Assembly (NCBI GenBank): GCA_964187785.1
Contig: OZ076415.1
Location: forward strand, 52,328,001 to 52,392,000
Source of the DNA: Amphiscolops sp. MND2022
Taxonomy: Eukaryota
Reading direction: 5' to 3'
DNA length: 64,000 nucleotides
A model generated the notes under the pieces. It ran no database searches. It worked only from the letters and a program-made list of their open reading frames with translations, and was not told the origin of the DNA. A program made the position numbers and the translations under genes. Positions 50,250 to 62,519 of this stretch are shown here, piece after piece. Every line of letters starts with the position of its first letter. The first letter of the stretch is position 1.

Positions 50250-51302
50250 CCCTAAGTTACAAAAATCACAACTCTTGCAAAATTCTTACAAGAATTCTTG
50301 TAAGATCTTGTAAGAAAATGCATTTTTAGAATCTAACTCTTGCAAAAATCTTGCAAGATTTGCATTTTTCTGCTCAGAATGTTACAAAAAATGCATAAAT
50401 CGGACAAATTTTTTTGCATTTCCTGCCTCAAAAAAATTGAAAAGAAATTACAACTGCAAAAGAAAACCCTCTGTACGCGTAAAATGACACAATTGCCCAT
50501 ATTCGAGCATCTAGATTTTATATCATCGGAATGCCTTATTTGCATAATGAGCATTGTTTGATGTTATATTGTTGTAAAGTTTTCGCTTACAACATTACAG
50601 CCCTGCGTGGTGTCATTGCCTCGGTGAGGGCAATGGCCTCCATTCTCAGCAGTCACCTGACTAGTTGAAATGGGCTGGAGAAGAAATGAAACCGATGGTT
50701 GAATTTTGCTAGAATTTTCAGGGTTTTTATAGTTTTCAATATGACATTGCACAGGTGGTTTTGTAGTATTTTTACTGATTTTCTCCATCACAGTAGCTGA
50801 CAGCAGGTTCGGGTTAGAACCGTTAGAAAGCCCTTGAAATGTATTTTCATTTGGTATCATGTTCATATTCCTATCATCATAAGCTGAAGAGTTCTCAGAG
50901 TTTTTGTCCGGAGTTTCATAGCTGGAATACGTTATAGTAATTTCTGGGGTAAAATTGCATGTAAAGTCTTGTTGCTCAAAATTAACAATTTGGAGCCTTT
51001 TGCTGGGATCCTGGGACAGTTTGTGCATTGTGAACGGCAACTGTGGCTGTTGTTGCTGGTAGTTTGATGATTTTTGAAGTTTTGGTCGAAATAACACATC
51101 ACATTTTTTGTAAGAATTTCTTACCAAAAAAATGCATTTTTTGCAAAAATGTTATCAGAATCTTGTAAGAAATGTTCGACATTGTAACAAATTTGCAAAA
51201 TTTGCGGTTCTGGTACAAACTTGTAAGATTCTTGCAAGAAATGCAAAGTTGACGAGAATTTCGGAAGAATTTTGCAATATTTGTGATTCTTGTAACCTAG
51301 GG
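50250..51302. mobile_element. CCC...GGG non-autonomous element with 2-bp TSD CA, carrying an internal ORF
   Basis: ~38-bp TIR CCCTA(A/G)GTTACAA(A/G)AATCACAA..TTGCAAAATTCTT; CA on both sides; CTTG(C/T)AAG repeats. Confidence 0.8.
50564..51127 (-). other. 187-codon ORF of unknown origin inside the CCC...GGG element
   Basis: Stop-free, S/N/T/Q-rich, less AT-rich than its flanks; no recognised domain. Confidence 0.35.
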
Positions 51303-52353
51303 CATACACCTAGTGCCCTAAATGCAGGAGCAAAGCGAAGCGGAGCGACGTTCCATATGGCCATGCGTCAATGTTGCTATTTGGCGAAGGGAGCGAAGCG
51401 CGACCGAGCCATACAGCAAATATGGTAACCTCTTAAAATAATAACCTAAAAATAATCGCTGATATGGAATTTTTTTAGGAGCAACTAGTTTTAGAAGCAG
51501 CCAGATTTAGATGCAACTCGTCATTTCAAAATTAGAAGCAAATAAATTAGCAGCAACTGGGCAGACCCGATGACCCCATTCCCTTGTTGAAACTGATTGA
51601 ACATTTTTGCATGTACTATATTGTTGTCAGCAACTTTTATTATCATTTTCTAAAACTCGTTCGGAAATTTTCATGCGCAAGGAATTTCATATTTGTTCTA
51701 TATAACTTTTATCAAACTGCCTGAAAGATTCATCAAAGTTTTTTTTACAAACTATTGCGAAAATAGTGATTCTAACTAGTAGTTGACGATCCGCTCTTGA
51801 AATTTGTTTTTGACAACTATATTTGTTCTGCAGCACTGCTTAAGTGGCGATTCAAGATGCGCTAGGTCTATAAGTGTTCTCCATTGCTACATGTGCCATT
51901 AAACTTCCTCAGAACAAAATTGTATGAATTCAATGTTGCAAGCTGAAATTTGTAGCTTATATTTTTAACAAAAGTTTGTGGATTCAAATTTGACTGTGAA
52001 CTCATCAAGAACTGATGCCCCCTTGGACCAGCAATGACCACAGGTGGAAACAAAGTTACACATGTTAAGGTTCAAAAAGCTACATTTCCGTTTCCCAAAG
52101 AAATCGTGTATTGAATGATGCTCAGATAAACGCATTTTCAACAGTTTAGTTACATCTGCGTATGCAAAGATCTTCAATACATCCGATGTATATCCAGTTA
52201 TATCCGTTCATAGAGCTTGAGGCACTGTTTGGCAGTTTTTGCATGATTAAAGCCAGATTATGATCACGCATGACAAGCATGTAAGTGATACGAAGATCAA
52301 GTATGATAAACATTAAACTCGTGACATGACCATGAAAAATTTTATTTGATGGA

Positions 52354-52716
52354 ATTTAGTATCAAAACATGGAAACATTGTATTTGATACATGCCAAGCC
52401 AACCAGGGCTAAAAAATAGCGACAGTCATCCCTACTTATGGTTGGGTTCATTTTCGTATTTTGCTTTTTTGGTTTAAAAAACGATGGTCCTAACTTTTTT
52501 CTTGTTGATTTTGCTTTCAATGATTAATGTACTTATCTTTCCATTCAAACCAAAACAATGGAAACCAAAATCAAAAACAAGAAAAAAGTTAGGACCATCG
52601 TTTTTTAAACCAAAAAAGCAAAATACGAAAATGAACCCAACCATAAGTAGGGATGACCGTCTTGACATTGGCTTGACATGTATCAAATACAATGTTTCCA
52701 TGTTTTGATATTGAAT
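52354..52716. repeat. Nested inverted repeats (perfect 82-bp inner arms plus ~50-bp outer arms)
   Basis: 52425-52506 is the reverse complement of 52576-52657; outer ATCAAAACATGGAAACATTGTATTTGATACATG is mirrored at about 52675-52710. Confidence 0.92.
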
Positions 52717-52729
52717 CTTACTGTTTTTG

Positions 52730-52879
52730 TATCTTTACTTTCGATGCAGTATCTCTGGAATTGTATAAAACGTACGGAATCAGCTCCGTTTAAACTAATT
52801 TGAATTCAAATTAGTTTAAACGGAGCTGATTTCGTATGTTTTATACAATTCCAGAGATACTGCATTGAAAGTAAATATA
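52730..52879. repeat. 150-bp spacerless palindrome centred on GAATTC
   Basis: 75-bp arms with 4 mismatches; centre at 52802-52807. Confidence 0.95.
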
Positions 52880-52977
52880 AAATCCTTTTTCTGGCAAATT
52901 TAAAGATTTAAATTAATTGTTCATTCAATCACTTTTAAAAATTAATAGTTTCACCAAAGTTCTTCCGAATTGAACTT

Positions 52978-53828
52978 CCCGGGTTTCCCGACCAGGCCGA
53001 TCATAATCTGACCATATTATGGCGCCATAGAAATCATACAAATTTCCTTACTATGATCTTGCCATGATCGGCCTGGAATCATATATGGTCCTATGGTCCA
53101 GAGTATGGTCAGCCTGGAATCATAAATTCTTGTTCCAAACGGGTGTTGACGTGACATGCAACCCAAACAAAAATTTTCAAATATTGAAAACAGCCAGCTT
53201 TATAGGCTGAAGGCAATGGAGCCACATTCGACATTTTGTAGCTGCGAACGATACATTGCAGGTCAGAACTCCGTTAAGCTCTAAGCGGAGTTAAAGACAA
53301 ACAATAGTAACTCAATTTGTTCTCAGCCACTCCTTAGTTAATAACTAACTTTTTTGTTATAGCAGTACCCACTTTGCAGTATAGTTTTAGATTATTTCGA
53401 GAAAAATTACCAATAATTCAGCAAAAGATGCCCAAAATTGATTATTGCTACCTTATTTTCATTTTGGTGATTGTATCGGACCTTTGGTTGAGGAATATCT
53501 TGTAATTTCCTCAGAGTATGCGTTGATTGACTAAATTATCCTAGTTTTCTTTTTATGGCTCCAGGCTGACCAAACTCTGGGCCATAATTATGGTTCCAGG
53601 CTGATCATAGACTGAACCATATATGGCCCAGAATATGGTCAGGCTGGAACCATAAACTTTGCTTTTTATGGTTCCGGGCTGATCATAGACTGGACTATAT
53701 ATGTCCAGAGTATGGTCATCCTGGAACCATAAACCTTTATGGTCCAGAGTATGATCAGCCTGGAATCATACTGTGAGTATGATGGCAGAGTATGATTGAC
53801 CTGCTTTTGTATGGGATGGAAACCCGGG
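52978..53828. mobile_element. CCC...GGG non-autonomous element with 2-bp TSD TT
   Basis: TIR CCCGGGTTTCC/GGAAACCCGGG; TT on both sides; CTGGAA(T/C)CATA and ATGGTCCAGAGTATG repeats. Confidence 0.8.
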
Positions 53829-54969
53829 TTAGTCAAAAGCATGTTTTATTTACAAATCGATTTTGCAAAGTAATGATTTAAGCAGCATAAGAAAATGATC
53901 TAGAAATAGAACGAAAAAGTAATCAATGAAATATTTTGAAAAATTTGATCTTCAGCCCTGGATTTCTAACTACTTATGACCTAAGCAAAAGCTTCAAGAC
54001 TATAATGTCACGTTTGGTCAAACAATGTGTGATCTATAAAAACCTGTTGATCAACTTTCCAGCAACAGAACAAAACATGATGGAATCGAATCTATTTTAA
54101 CTTGTTACCGAAATCAACCGTCCTAACGCAGCATTTGAAACTTTCACGTACATCGGGTAATCATTCAAAACTTCAGATTATCAAAACAGCCAAACAGTTT
54201 TATAAGTCTTTTGCATTCCCTGAAAGTGCTTGGATTGAATTCTACATGAACACTGATATCTGCTGGAATCAAACTGGCTTCTAAGTGTATGTAAAGACTT
54301 GTAACTTTCTGTTCAGGATCACATTGATGAAAATTTGCATTGATTTCGTTGTTTTTCAAGAACTGAAGAATATTCGTCTGAAAACGTCCATTTTCTTTGA
54401 CTATGACCATACCGCAATCTCCTTTCTCGGAAAGGCCGGTGGTCCAGCTCGACCTGTCTGTTTCCCTTTCGTGATTTCTTGAGTTGATTTACGTCGTCGG
54501 CATTCTTTCATTTAATCATATGGTGTAAAACTGAATTTACCTTGACAACTGAATTTCACTTTGACTTTGTTTCTGGTCAAGGAGTCAATTCCACGGTTTT
54601 TGAGGTATGGCGATGTCTTATTCCGCACTTACTAATATTTTGGATCTGATCATTATCTTGGCTCTCTGGAAAAATTTTGTTCGGCTTGCGCCATACCCAC
54701 ATTGTTTTTGTTCGTTTGTTGCATCGGACCTGTATGGTTTGATGGCTAACTTACCGTCAAGTCGGGACGTAGCAACATGCAAATCTGGTATTTGGTGTGA
54801 TTCAGGTAATCCGGACTAACAGGTGTGGTTAAGGTCCAGCATGTGGAAGTAACAGACTCAGAATGGCGATGACTATTCGGTATTCACGCCGCGTAATTAG
54901 GTGGCCTCATCGGTGTGAACTGCTTCACAACCTTCTCTTTCTGTTCCCACGATTATTTTCATTGCTGCT

Positions 54970-57516
54970 ATGTGAAGACAGTTTACGGTTTTTCCTGAAG
55001 ATAATAGTAACAAGACGCCCGCTGAGCAGCGAGATATTTTCCGCCCCAAACTGTTCTACAGCTTCAAAAATTTGACGCTAAAGAATAGCCAATGCACTAT
55101 GTAAACGCAAAAACGTTCGGAGAAAAGGGCTTTGATTCATCTTAGCCCATTTTTTAAATGAAACACCTATTTTTTTAAAATTCTGAGATAGGCGGCCACT
55201 TTTCGTTTTTTTCGGCACTATGCGACTTAACGAGTAAAGAGAAATTTTTCGGGATTTTTTTTTCGGAAACAATTTTCGAAAAATAGTTTTCGCAATTTTA
55301 GTTTTAGTTTCCCGAGTCTTCAGGGTGACCTCTTTGTTACTTTTGATCATGTGGAACTGATGAGTTTTCTTTTTGATTTTGGAAAAAATTTCTTTTCAGT
55401 TTTTTTCAGATCTGTGTTTCTTTCCGGAACTTACTTTTGGTCGAAGGGTACCCCCTTGCTTTCATAACTGATTTCGGCTTGAGAAAAGTAGTTTTGCGCG
55501 CTGGAACATTTTTCGCCATCAAAGAATTTACCGAAAAAAATCACAAAATTTGTGATTCCTGTTGGGGAAAAAGTGGTTACCGTGGCGTACTTTATGGGGC
55601 AATTTTTGGCACAGAGAAAATGAATAAAACTTAAAACTAGGTCTTTTGCAAGTTTAGGAAACTTCAGGGGTCCCGGTTTGGTAAATTATTGCATATAGTA
55701 TAACCAGAAGTGTCGAAAATTGGAAATAATTTGAACAATTTTGGGGTCAATTTGAGGAACTTTTCTGACATGAACGTACAGATATGTCTTCAAAAATGAG
55801 CCTACTGGACACCGAGTTTAGTTGTTGTTGTACTCCAGATATAGTGATTTTGCTTGGAGCTTTTTGGATATTAAATATTTGGCAAATAAGGTCGAAATTT
55901 ACTTTTTCGAGTACAATTTTCGTAGGTTGTGCAAAGAAACTTGTCGGATATTTTTCAAAACCATACTGTTTTATTCTTGGGCCAATGGGTTTTCTGATTG
56001 AAGTAAAGTTCCAAAAAAGATCCAAAATTGGGACAATGCTTTCGGATATTGATATCTTTCCGAAACACGACCGGTAGCTAAAAGTTTCAATTCTGACCCT
56101 ATGGGTTTTCAGATTGAAGTAAATTTTCGGAAAGGTTCCAAAATTGTTACTTGGTTGTCGACAATTGAGAAAATTTGGGAATTCTGACACCTTTGTTGTG
56201 GTGTGAACCTCTGACACCTTTGTTGTGAAACTCGAGGAACTTCATCTCACTTTCTATCCCAAATTGTGTTTTGAATACCCCATTGTTTCAACGCTCAGGT
56301 CAAGGGAGTTTCTATTCTAAAAACGTTAGTGGTTTGACCAAAAATTGTGTTTAACTTGTCAGAAAACCTGCGTTTTTGTTGTTCCATGAATTTTGGTATT
56401 TTCGAGGCTAATTCCAAAAAAAATCAATTGCTAATAAATCTTCAAAACTGCCTACTGGATACCATATTCAGTCAATGTTGAGCTTTCAAAACCCTTTCAT
56501 GCCACGAAGTAGTTCAGAAAGTGTACGAAAGCAGCCCAAAAATGTAAAAAAACTAAAAATAAATACTCTGTTTTTTGCAAACTTTCGGTCATTTTGAGGA
56601 AACTTTCTTCCAAAAAGATGCAAATTTGTCTCTTAAAAACGTGATGTGGTTCTAGTTTTATCATCTAGAGCTTTTAGAAGCTTTTATCTCACCGAGAGTC
56701 TTCAATCTCAAAAAAATGATAACTGGAAATGTCAAAAAATTTCGACAAATTCGGCATTTTGCGTCCAATTTTGAGCCATTGTCAACTGAAGTCTGCAAAT
56801 GTTTCTTTAAAAGCTTACAGGATTATGTGTTCAATCTTTGTTGAACGCTTGTCATCATTCTGCCTCCAAAACGATTCAAAAAGTACACATAAGTTGCATA
56901 AATGCGAAGCTGTTGTAATTTTTCGACTCCGTTTTAGTCATTCTGAAGTGTTTTTGAAGCAAAACGCTGCAACATTCTCTTCAAAAAGTTTAATGCAAAG
57001 CTCCTTCTTTCGTTTTTGATTGCGTTGGAACTTATAACGAAAGCTCTCGGTAATAGTACAAATATTGCATCAAAAAGGACAAAACTCAATTTTTTCGACA
57101 TTTTCAGTACCAGTTTGAGGCCTTTTCCTTTTACAAATTGAACTTATCCCTTGAAAAAAGCTTACCGAAACAACAATTTTCTGTCTGTTTAGGGTGCCAT
57201 TCTCGTTAACGAAGTCTATCGATAGTTTTGAGAGAACTGGTGAAAATCGGAAAACCTGGGAACATTTGTCTTTTTCGATGTCAACTCCAGACAATATCTA
57301 TCGAAAAATGGACAAAAGTTGCATTAAAACGTGAAAAAATGGAAATTTTGTAATTTTATATTTTTGGGGTCATTTTTTGGATCATTCTGGGGTCTTTAGG
57401 GTGAACTAAAAAAAGTCCAGAAATCTCCACAAAAACATATCGCACGAAGCTAGATTTCTTTGAGTTGAATTCTATGTGTAACAGCCTTAAAGTTAAATAT
57501 AAGTTTGGTGCTTGAC
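54970..57516 (-). repeat. Large unclassified interspersed repeat, copy 2
   Basis: Inverted homologue of 29922-32740. Confidence 0.7.
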
Positions 57517-57529
57517 TTTGACTGATTGT

Positions 57530-60500
57530 TTTGAATGCTGTGCCTCTCCCGGTGCGTGTTTTTCTCCTTGTTGTTAGTTCACTTCAGTGTGTTGATATCA
57601 ATAGGGTCGAATTCAGTTGCAATCAGAACTTTCGGAGATTTCGGTTGTCAGCCATTGAGCCCTCGAACAGTTTGGCCGAAGCTTGTTTCAATGAAGAAGT
57701 CGATGTTCTTGGTACATCTTCCAGTCCGTATCAACGGATTGAGCTATAGCCGTCAACCGTCGTAAAATGTCTTGTGTTTCATGTCGAGGTCTTCAGTTTA
57801 GAGTTGTTCAATAAAGTTTTGGTCCATTTATAGCCTGAATTGTTAGTCGATGTCAGTTTTATTATTTGATCTCTTCAGGCTGGTTAGTAACGAAGCGCGA
57901 AATGGAGTGGCAATTTTATCAATTATGTTTGCCTCTGCGCATGGTTTGTTCACTTGCGATTACAGCTGTTCATTCAGGAAACCTTTTTTGTTCAAGATGG
58001 CTGCTAAGAAAGCGAATTCGGACTTCAGAAGCGATAAAATGTTGCTGTTTACATACTGTTGTTTTTGTTTATTCGGTTGAGGCCGTTGACTACTGAGCAA
58101 ATTCATCAACGCTAGATGTGGGTAACGCTTTCATCAAAGAAGGCTGGTAGGCCTGACTATTAACAAGCAACGCGCTATAGGTCTTATACGATTGATTTTT
58201 CGTTATAGGCAGTTCTTGGGCCTGAGTGTTAGGAAATAATTTTATCGATTTACCGTAAAAATTAAATGTGACGTAATATAGGATCAAACTATTGTTTATA
58301 GCTCGAGTGCATTTATTGCGTTTTGTTTTGGTATCCGATGAAAAACAGTTGGCAAAAAATTGTTGGTTATATTATTCCCTCTGACTGTTGTTGTCATAAA
58401 ATGGCTCTCAAGCTTTTTGTAATGGTTCTCACTGAAATGATGTTCGGCAATTCGAACGTTTTACGTGCCAATCATGGTTCTTCCGTGACACTAGTCTTTT
58501 CGAATGCTTCAGATTGTTTGTCAGTACCTTTTGACAGCTTTTTCCTTTAAACAGTCTTCTAAGAAAATTAGTCTGTGCACGATTTTCAATTTCTCACCCA
58601 TCTATAAAGAACCCACTCAGAAACTCAATTCTTCATATGACTTATTTCACGTAAATTCATGTATAACTTTTGAATACCAGCATTGTTGGAATTCGTTTAC
58701 TATTACAGTTAATAATATTTGTTGGATGATGTTGATTTACATATTAATCATTGTACATTACTAGTGATTGATATATTTCTTACATAATACCACTTTACAT
58801 GGAATTTCATGAATTGAATAAATTATGCAGGGGAATCTCATGAAGCATTAGTACGTACGAACTTAGACCTTTACCTTATCTGCTGTAATGAGTTTACCAC
58901 ATATTGCAGTATAATTTCACTCTGTCGATATTTTTGATTGTGACATTTGAAAGCATGGCTCATTGTATTATTCTAATTGCACGTGCACTATTATAATGAA
59001 GTCAACATTTGTGCCATGTATGACTCAAACTGCGTATTACTACGAATTTCATTAACGCTAAACAGATTGGTGAAGTTATTACGCTGAGTCCGACAGCCAA
59101 TCAGAATGCAGGATAACACTCGTCATGTAAGAAGCTATTTATAAAGATGGGTAAAATGGGTAAACCTATTTTACTTCAAATTAATATTGGGGCGCTATTT
59201 TTAGTTATTACGTTTTTATGACGTATGCATGACACTCCAAAAATTGGTTGTCATGTTGCTAATTTTAGACCCTAAGAAAAGGAGAGTTAAGAGCCTATAA
59301 AAATTCATTCCAACAAAAATTTGTTGAACTATTCAGACCTACTTTTTCACTCCTCAATCTTTGTCTTATCTTGATAATTTGATGTTATGTGCATCTTTTC
59401 CAACTCTGCATTCGACACTATCTTTTTTCATCTCTCAACTTGATTAAAATTCTTCTCTCCAACAATCAACATTTTCACCTAACTGAGATGGGAAATAAAA
59501 GAAATCGGAAATCCAGGCAAGCACAATCACCCTCACTTGAGAGAGTCGTGAGCGCATCTGAGATTGAAACCTCACAAGGTATTGAAACTACTATTGAAAC
59601 TCTTAGTAATTTTGAAAATGTTGGTTCGGTTAGGGAAGGAGAAACAACATTAGTAAGTGGTTCTCAGAACGAGGACGAAATGCAAGTGTGGACTCAAAGA
59701 ATAACTGAAAAGACAAATGAAGTAGTATCAGACCTGAGGAAAGAAATGAATAAAAAATTGGAGAAAATGTTGAAAGAGATGAACAACAGCAGAAGAGCAC
59801 AATCTGTGCTAAGCAGGAGATATTAAGAGCAAAACACCCCTCAAGTAGGAACCTCAAAAAAACATAAATAACGGGGACGATGAAGGAAACGCATCTGAGC
59901 CTGAAGACAGAGAAAACGAAATACAGGATAATCCTTTTAGGCCATCAAATATGAATGAACTCAAAACGCCGATGCAACCTTTGAATATACAAAACATCGA
60001 TTTAAATGACTCTGTACACATAAATGAAAACCGCGCAGAGGAGGATTATCACAAATATCCTGTCTTATTTTAACTTGTCCGGATATGATCAGCTTGTTTG
60101 ATTCTTCTTCCACCACTAGTTGAAGAAGAATCGAGATTGGTCGATTCTTCTTTGCTGTCAATTTTGCCTCTTCTTCAATGATAATGTTCACTTTCATGGC
60201 TACTGTTTTATCTCCAAGCAAATTTCTGGTTCTTAGATCCCCGTTTTCCAGCTGTTCGATATTTTTTATTTTATACTTTTACAATCGTAAGTGTACAGAG
60301 TTCAATTATCTACACCGCCATTCAATCCAGTCCGAGTAATGGGTCTCATTTGTGCTGTTTTTACCAGTGTTCTAGCTTCATTTTTGTTATCTTATTCGTC
60401 TTTGATCTCTGCTTGCGTTTTAGCTGCAAAATTGTCATCTTTACCGTTGACATCTTTGTAGTGTGTTATCGTCGGTCTAGTTGTTCTACTGTAGTTGAAA

Positions 60501-60960
60501 TTGCGTTTCAGTATTATTTTAACCCATAAGTTTGATTGATCAGTTATTTACTAAAACTTTTGTGCTACAGAAAGTTGAATCGTGTATGTATTAATTTCTT
60601 GTCGTTTCAACTTAATTGCTGATCACGTGCATTCTTTTTGGACAACACCCATCCTGGGCGTGAGTGGCTTCTTCTTCGAGTTTGCCAAGTGATTTTGTTT
60701 CGGTGATCGGCAAACTTTTGCGGACCCCGTCTGCCGCAGATATTACGTGTTCGTGTCCAGTTCGATGCGCTGCATTTCAAGAATCCACCTTTTGTTTTTC
60801 ACGGTGTTATCGCTATAGTCCGTTTGTTTTCTGTCTTCCATCCCCCGGGATCGATGTTTCGTTTTTTTTTGAAACTTGTTGTCGTAGATTTCCTCGGTGA
60901 TTGTGTCAATCAACATATATCTCTTTCCATATTCTTCTTCAGCTTATAGTATTTCTTTAA
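57530..60960 (-). pseudogene. Heavily decayed Ty3/Gypsy gag-pol, split by a solo LTR
   Basis: Knuckle-like remnant at about 60700-60850; KKNRPISILLQLVVEEESNKLI (pre-RT) at about 60100; RNase H-like remnant at 58330-58560; integrase-like remnant at 57600-58200. Confidence 0.55.
58720..60053 (+). mobile_element. ~1.33-kb solo LTR with a gag-like ORF (MGNKRNRKSR...AEEDYH)
   Basis: TGTTG...GATTATCACA; AATAT at 58714-18 (one extra T before TG) and at 60054-58. Confidence 0.6.
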
Positions 60961-62519
60961 GTTAGCGATTAGTGACAAAAACTGTAAATCGAAAAGTTCG
61001 ACCGATCCGCAGGATTTTTGCAGAATTTTGCAGAGATGTGCAGATTCGAAAAAGATGACCTCCTCAAAAACACAATAAAACCCTAGAGCGATGTGAAACG
61101 AATAATAAAAATGTTTAAAACTGGAGAGATGCTTATTTTGTCAAAATGATGAACCATTTTTCTGCAGGAGTTTGTAAAGATCCAAACAATGACCAATAAA
61201 TTACTAAAACGTATTCAGAGTTACCAGCAATTACTAAAATTACTCCAGCAAACCAGGTTCCCAAAATATTACAAAAACAACACTTCAGCGACATATCTAC
61301 CAACCCAGAAGGTTGACATATATCAAATTTCATCCGTCAAATAGAAGTCAATATGGTAAACGAACCTCTCAAAGTTCAACAACCACTTCTGAAAAGTTCA
61401 AGTGAAATGGATAAATTACGCTGAATAACCAATACGGCACATTCTCCAATCACCAAATTTACCGTGATGGGGACAAATTTTCTTTTTCGTGAATTCTGAG
61501 TGACGAAGAGTTTCAACTGACTGAACCCTGGTCAGCTAAATTACTTAATATAGTAGTTGAAGAAGTCCAAACATGCAGTATATTGGTTCCTTAGAAGCTG
61601 CAGAAAAACGTATTTCTGCAAAAATCTTCAAAGAAAATCTTAAAACTTCTGTAAAGATTCTGCAGATCTGTATGGTTCTTCATGACTCAGTGCGAATATT
61701 TTTGCAGAATTCTACAAGGAAAATCCTGCAGATCTGCACAGATTTGCAAAGGTCGAAAACTTGGCTGTTCCATTGTGATGTAAAGCCGGAACAGACTGTA
61801 TAATTTGTACATTGTAGTGAAGATGCGTCTCTCTCCCGTACCTATTTGATCGTCTCGTTTTTTGCCAACTGATCAGAGCCCAAGAGTAGGTGTCTTTGAT
61901 CTCCACGTCTAGCTGTCTCGATAGGCCAACGACCGTTGTTGCAAAAGAGTCTTTTCCTGCGGTATGTGGTCGTTCATTTTCTGAGAACGTTCTTAGCATG
62001 ACTGAGCCATCGTGTTGAGTAAGAGAATGGATAGTATAATTCTGTATTGCAGCGTTGGTCGTTTTTTTATCTATAAGCATACCCAGTGTAAAAAACTCTT
62101 GGGTATCTTACCAAGGTCTTGGATTTTCCTACCAAATCCTGCTACCTCGTGGCAGTCTTACCTCTTTCAGAAATTCTTGAAATTTTTGACAAAAATATGC
62201 CAAGATTCGTATCAAATTCGGAAGGAGAAAATTGCATTGATCAAGGCTGTGATATATTATGCATTTCATCAAACACCAACCAGGAGCTTTCGTATGGAAC
62301 GAATTTGTTCATTTACAAATTTCCAGCGGAAATATAGAAAAATGTCAGAATGAAATCACTGAAACTTTCCCAAAGTATTTAGAAGCCAACCAGTTGGATC
62401 AAATTCATTGCGTTATTATTATATAAAACAAAGTTTGGTACGACTTGAAATATCGCCTTTTTAGACGTGGAACTATAGTACACTAATACAATATAGTATG
62501 CAGTATACTAATTTCAGTA

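Noticed and set aside
61712-62080. 122-aa minus ORF or hAT-like TRWLS fragment
   Set aside because: A single weak motif in a broken frame, with no supporting exons.
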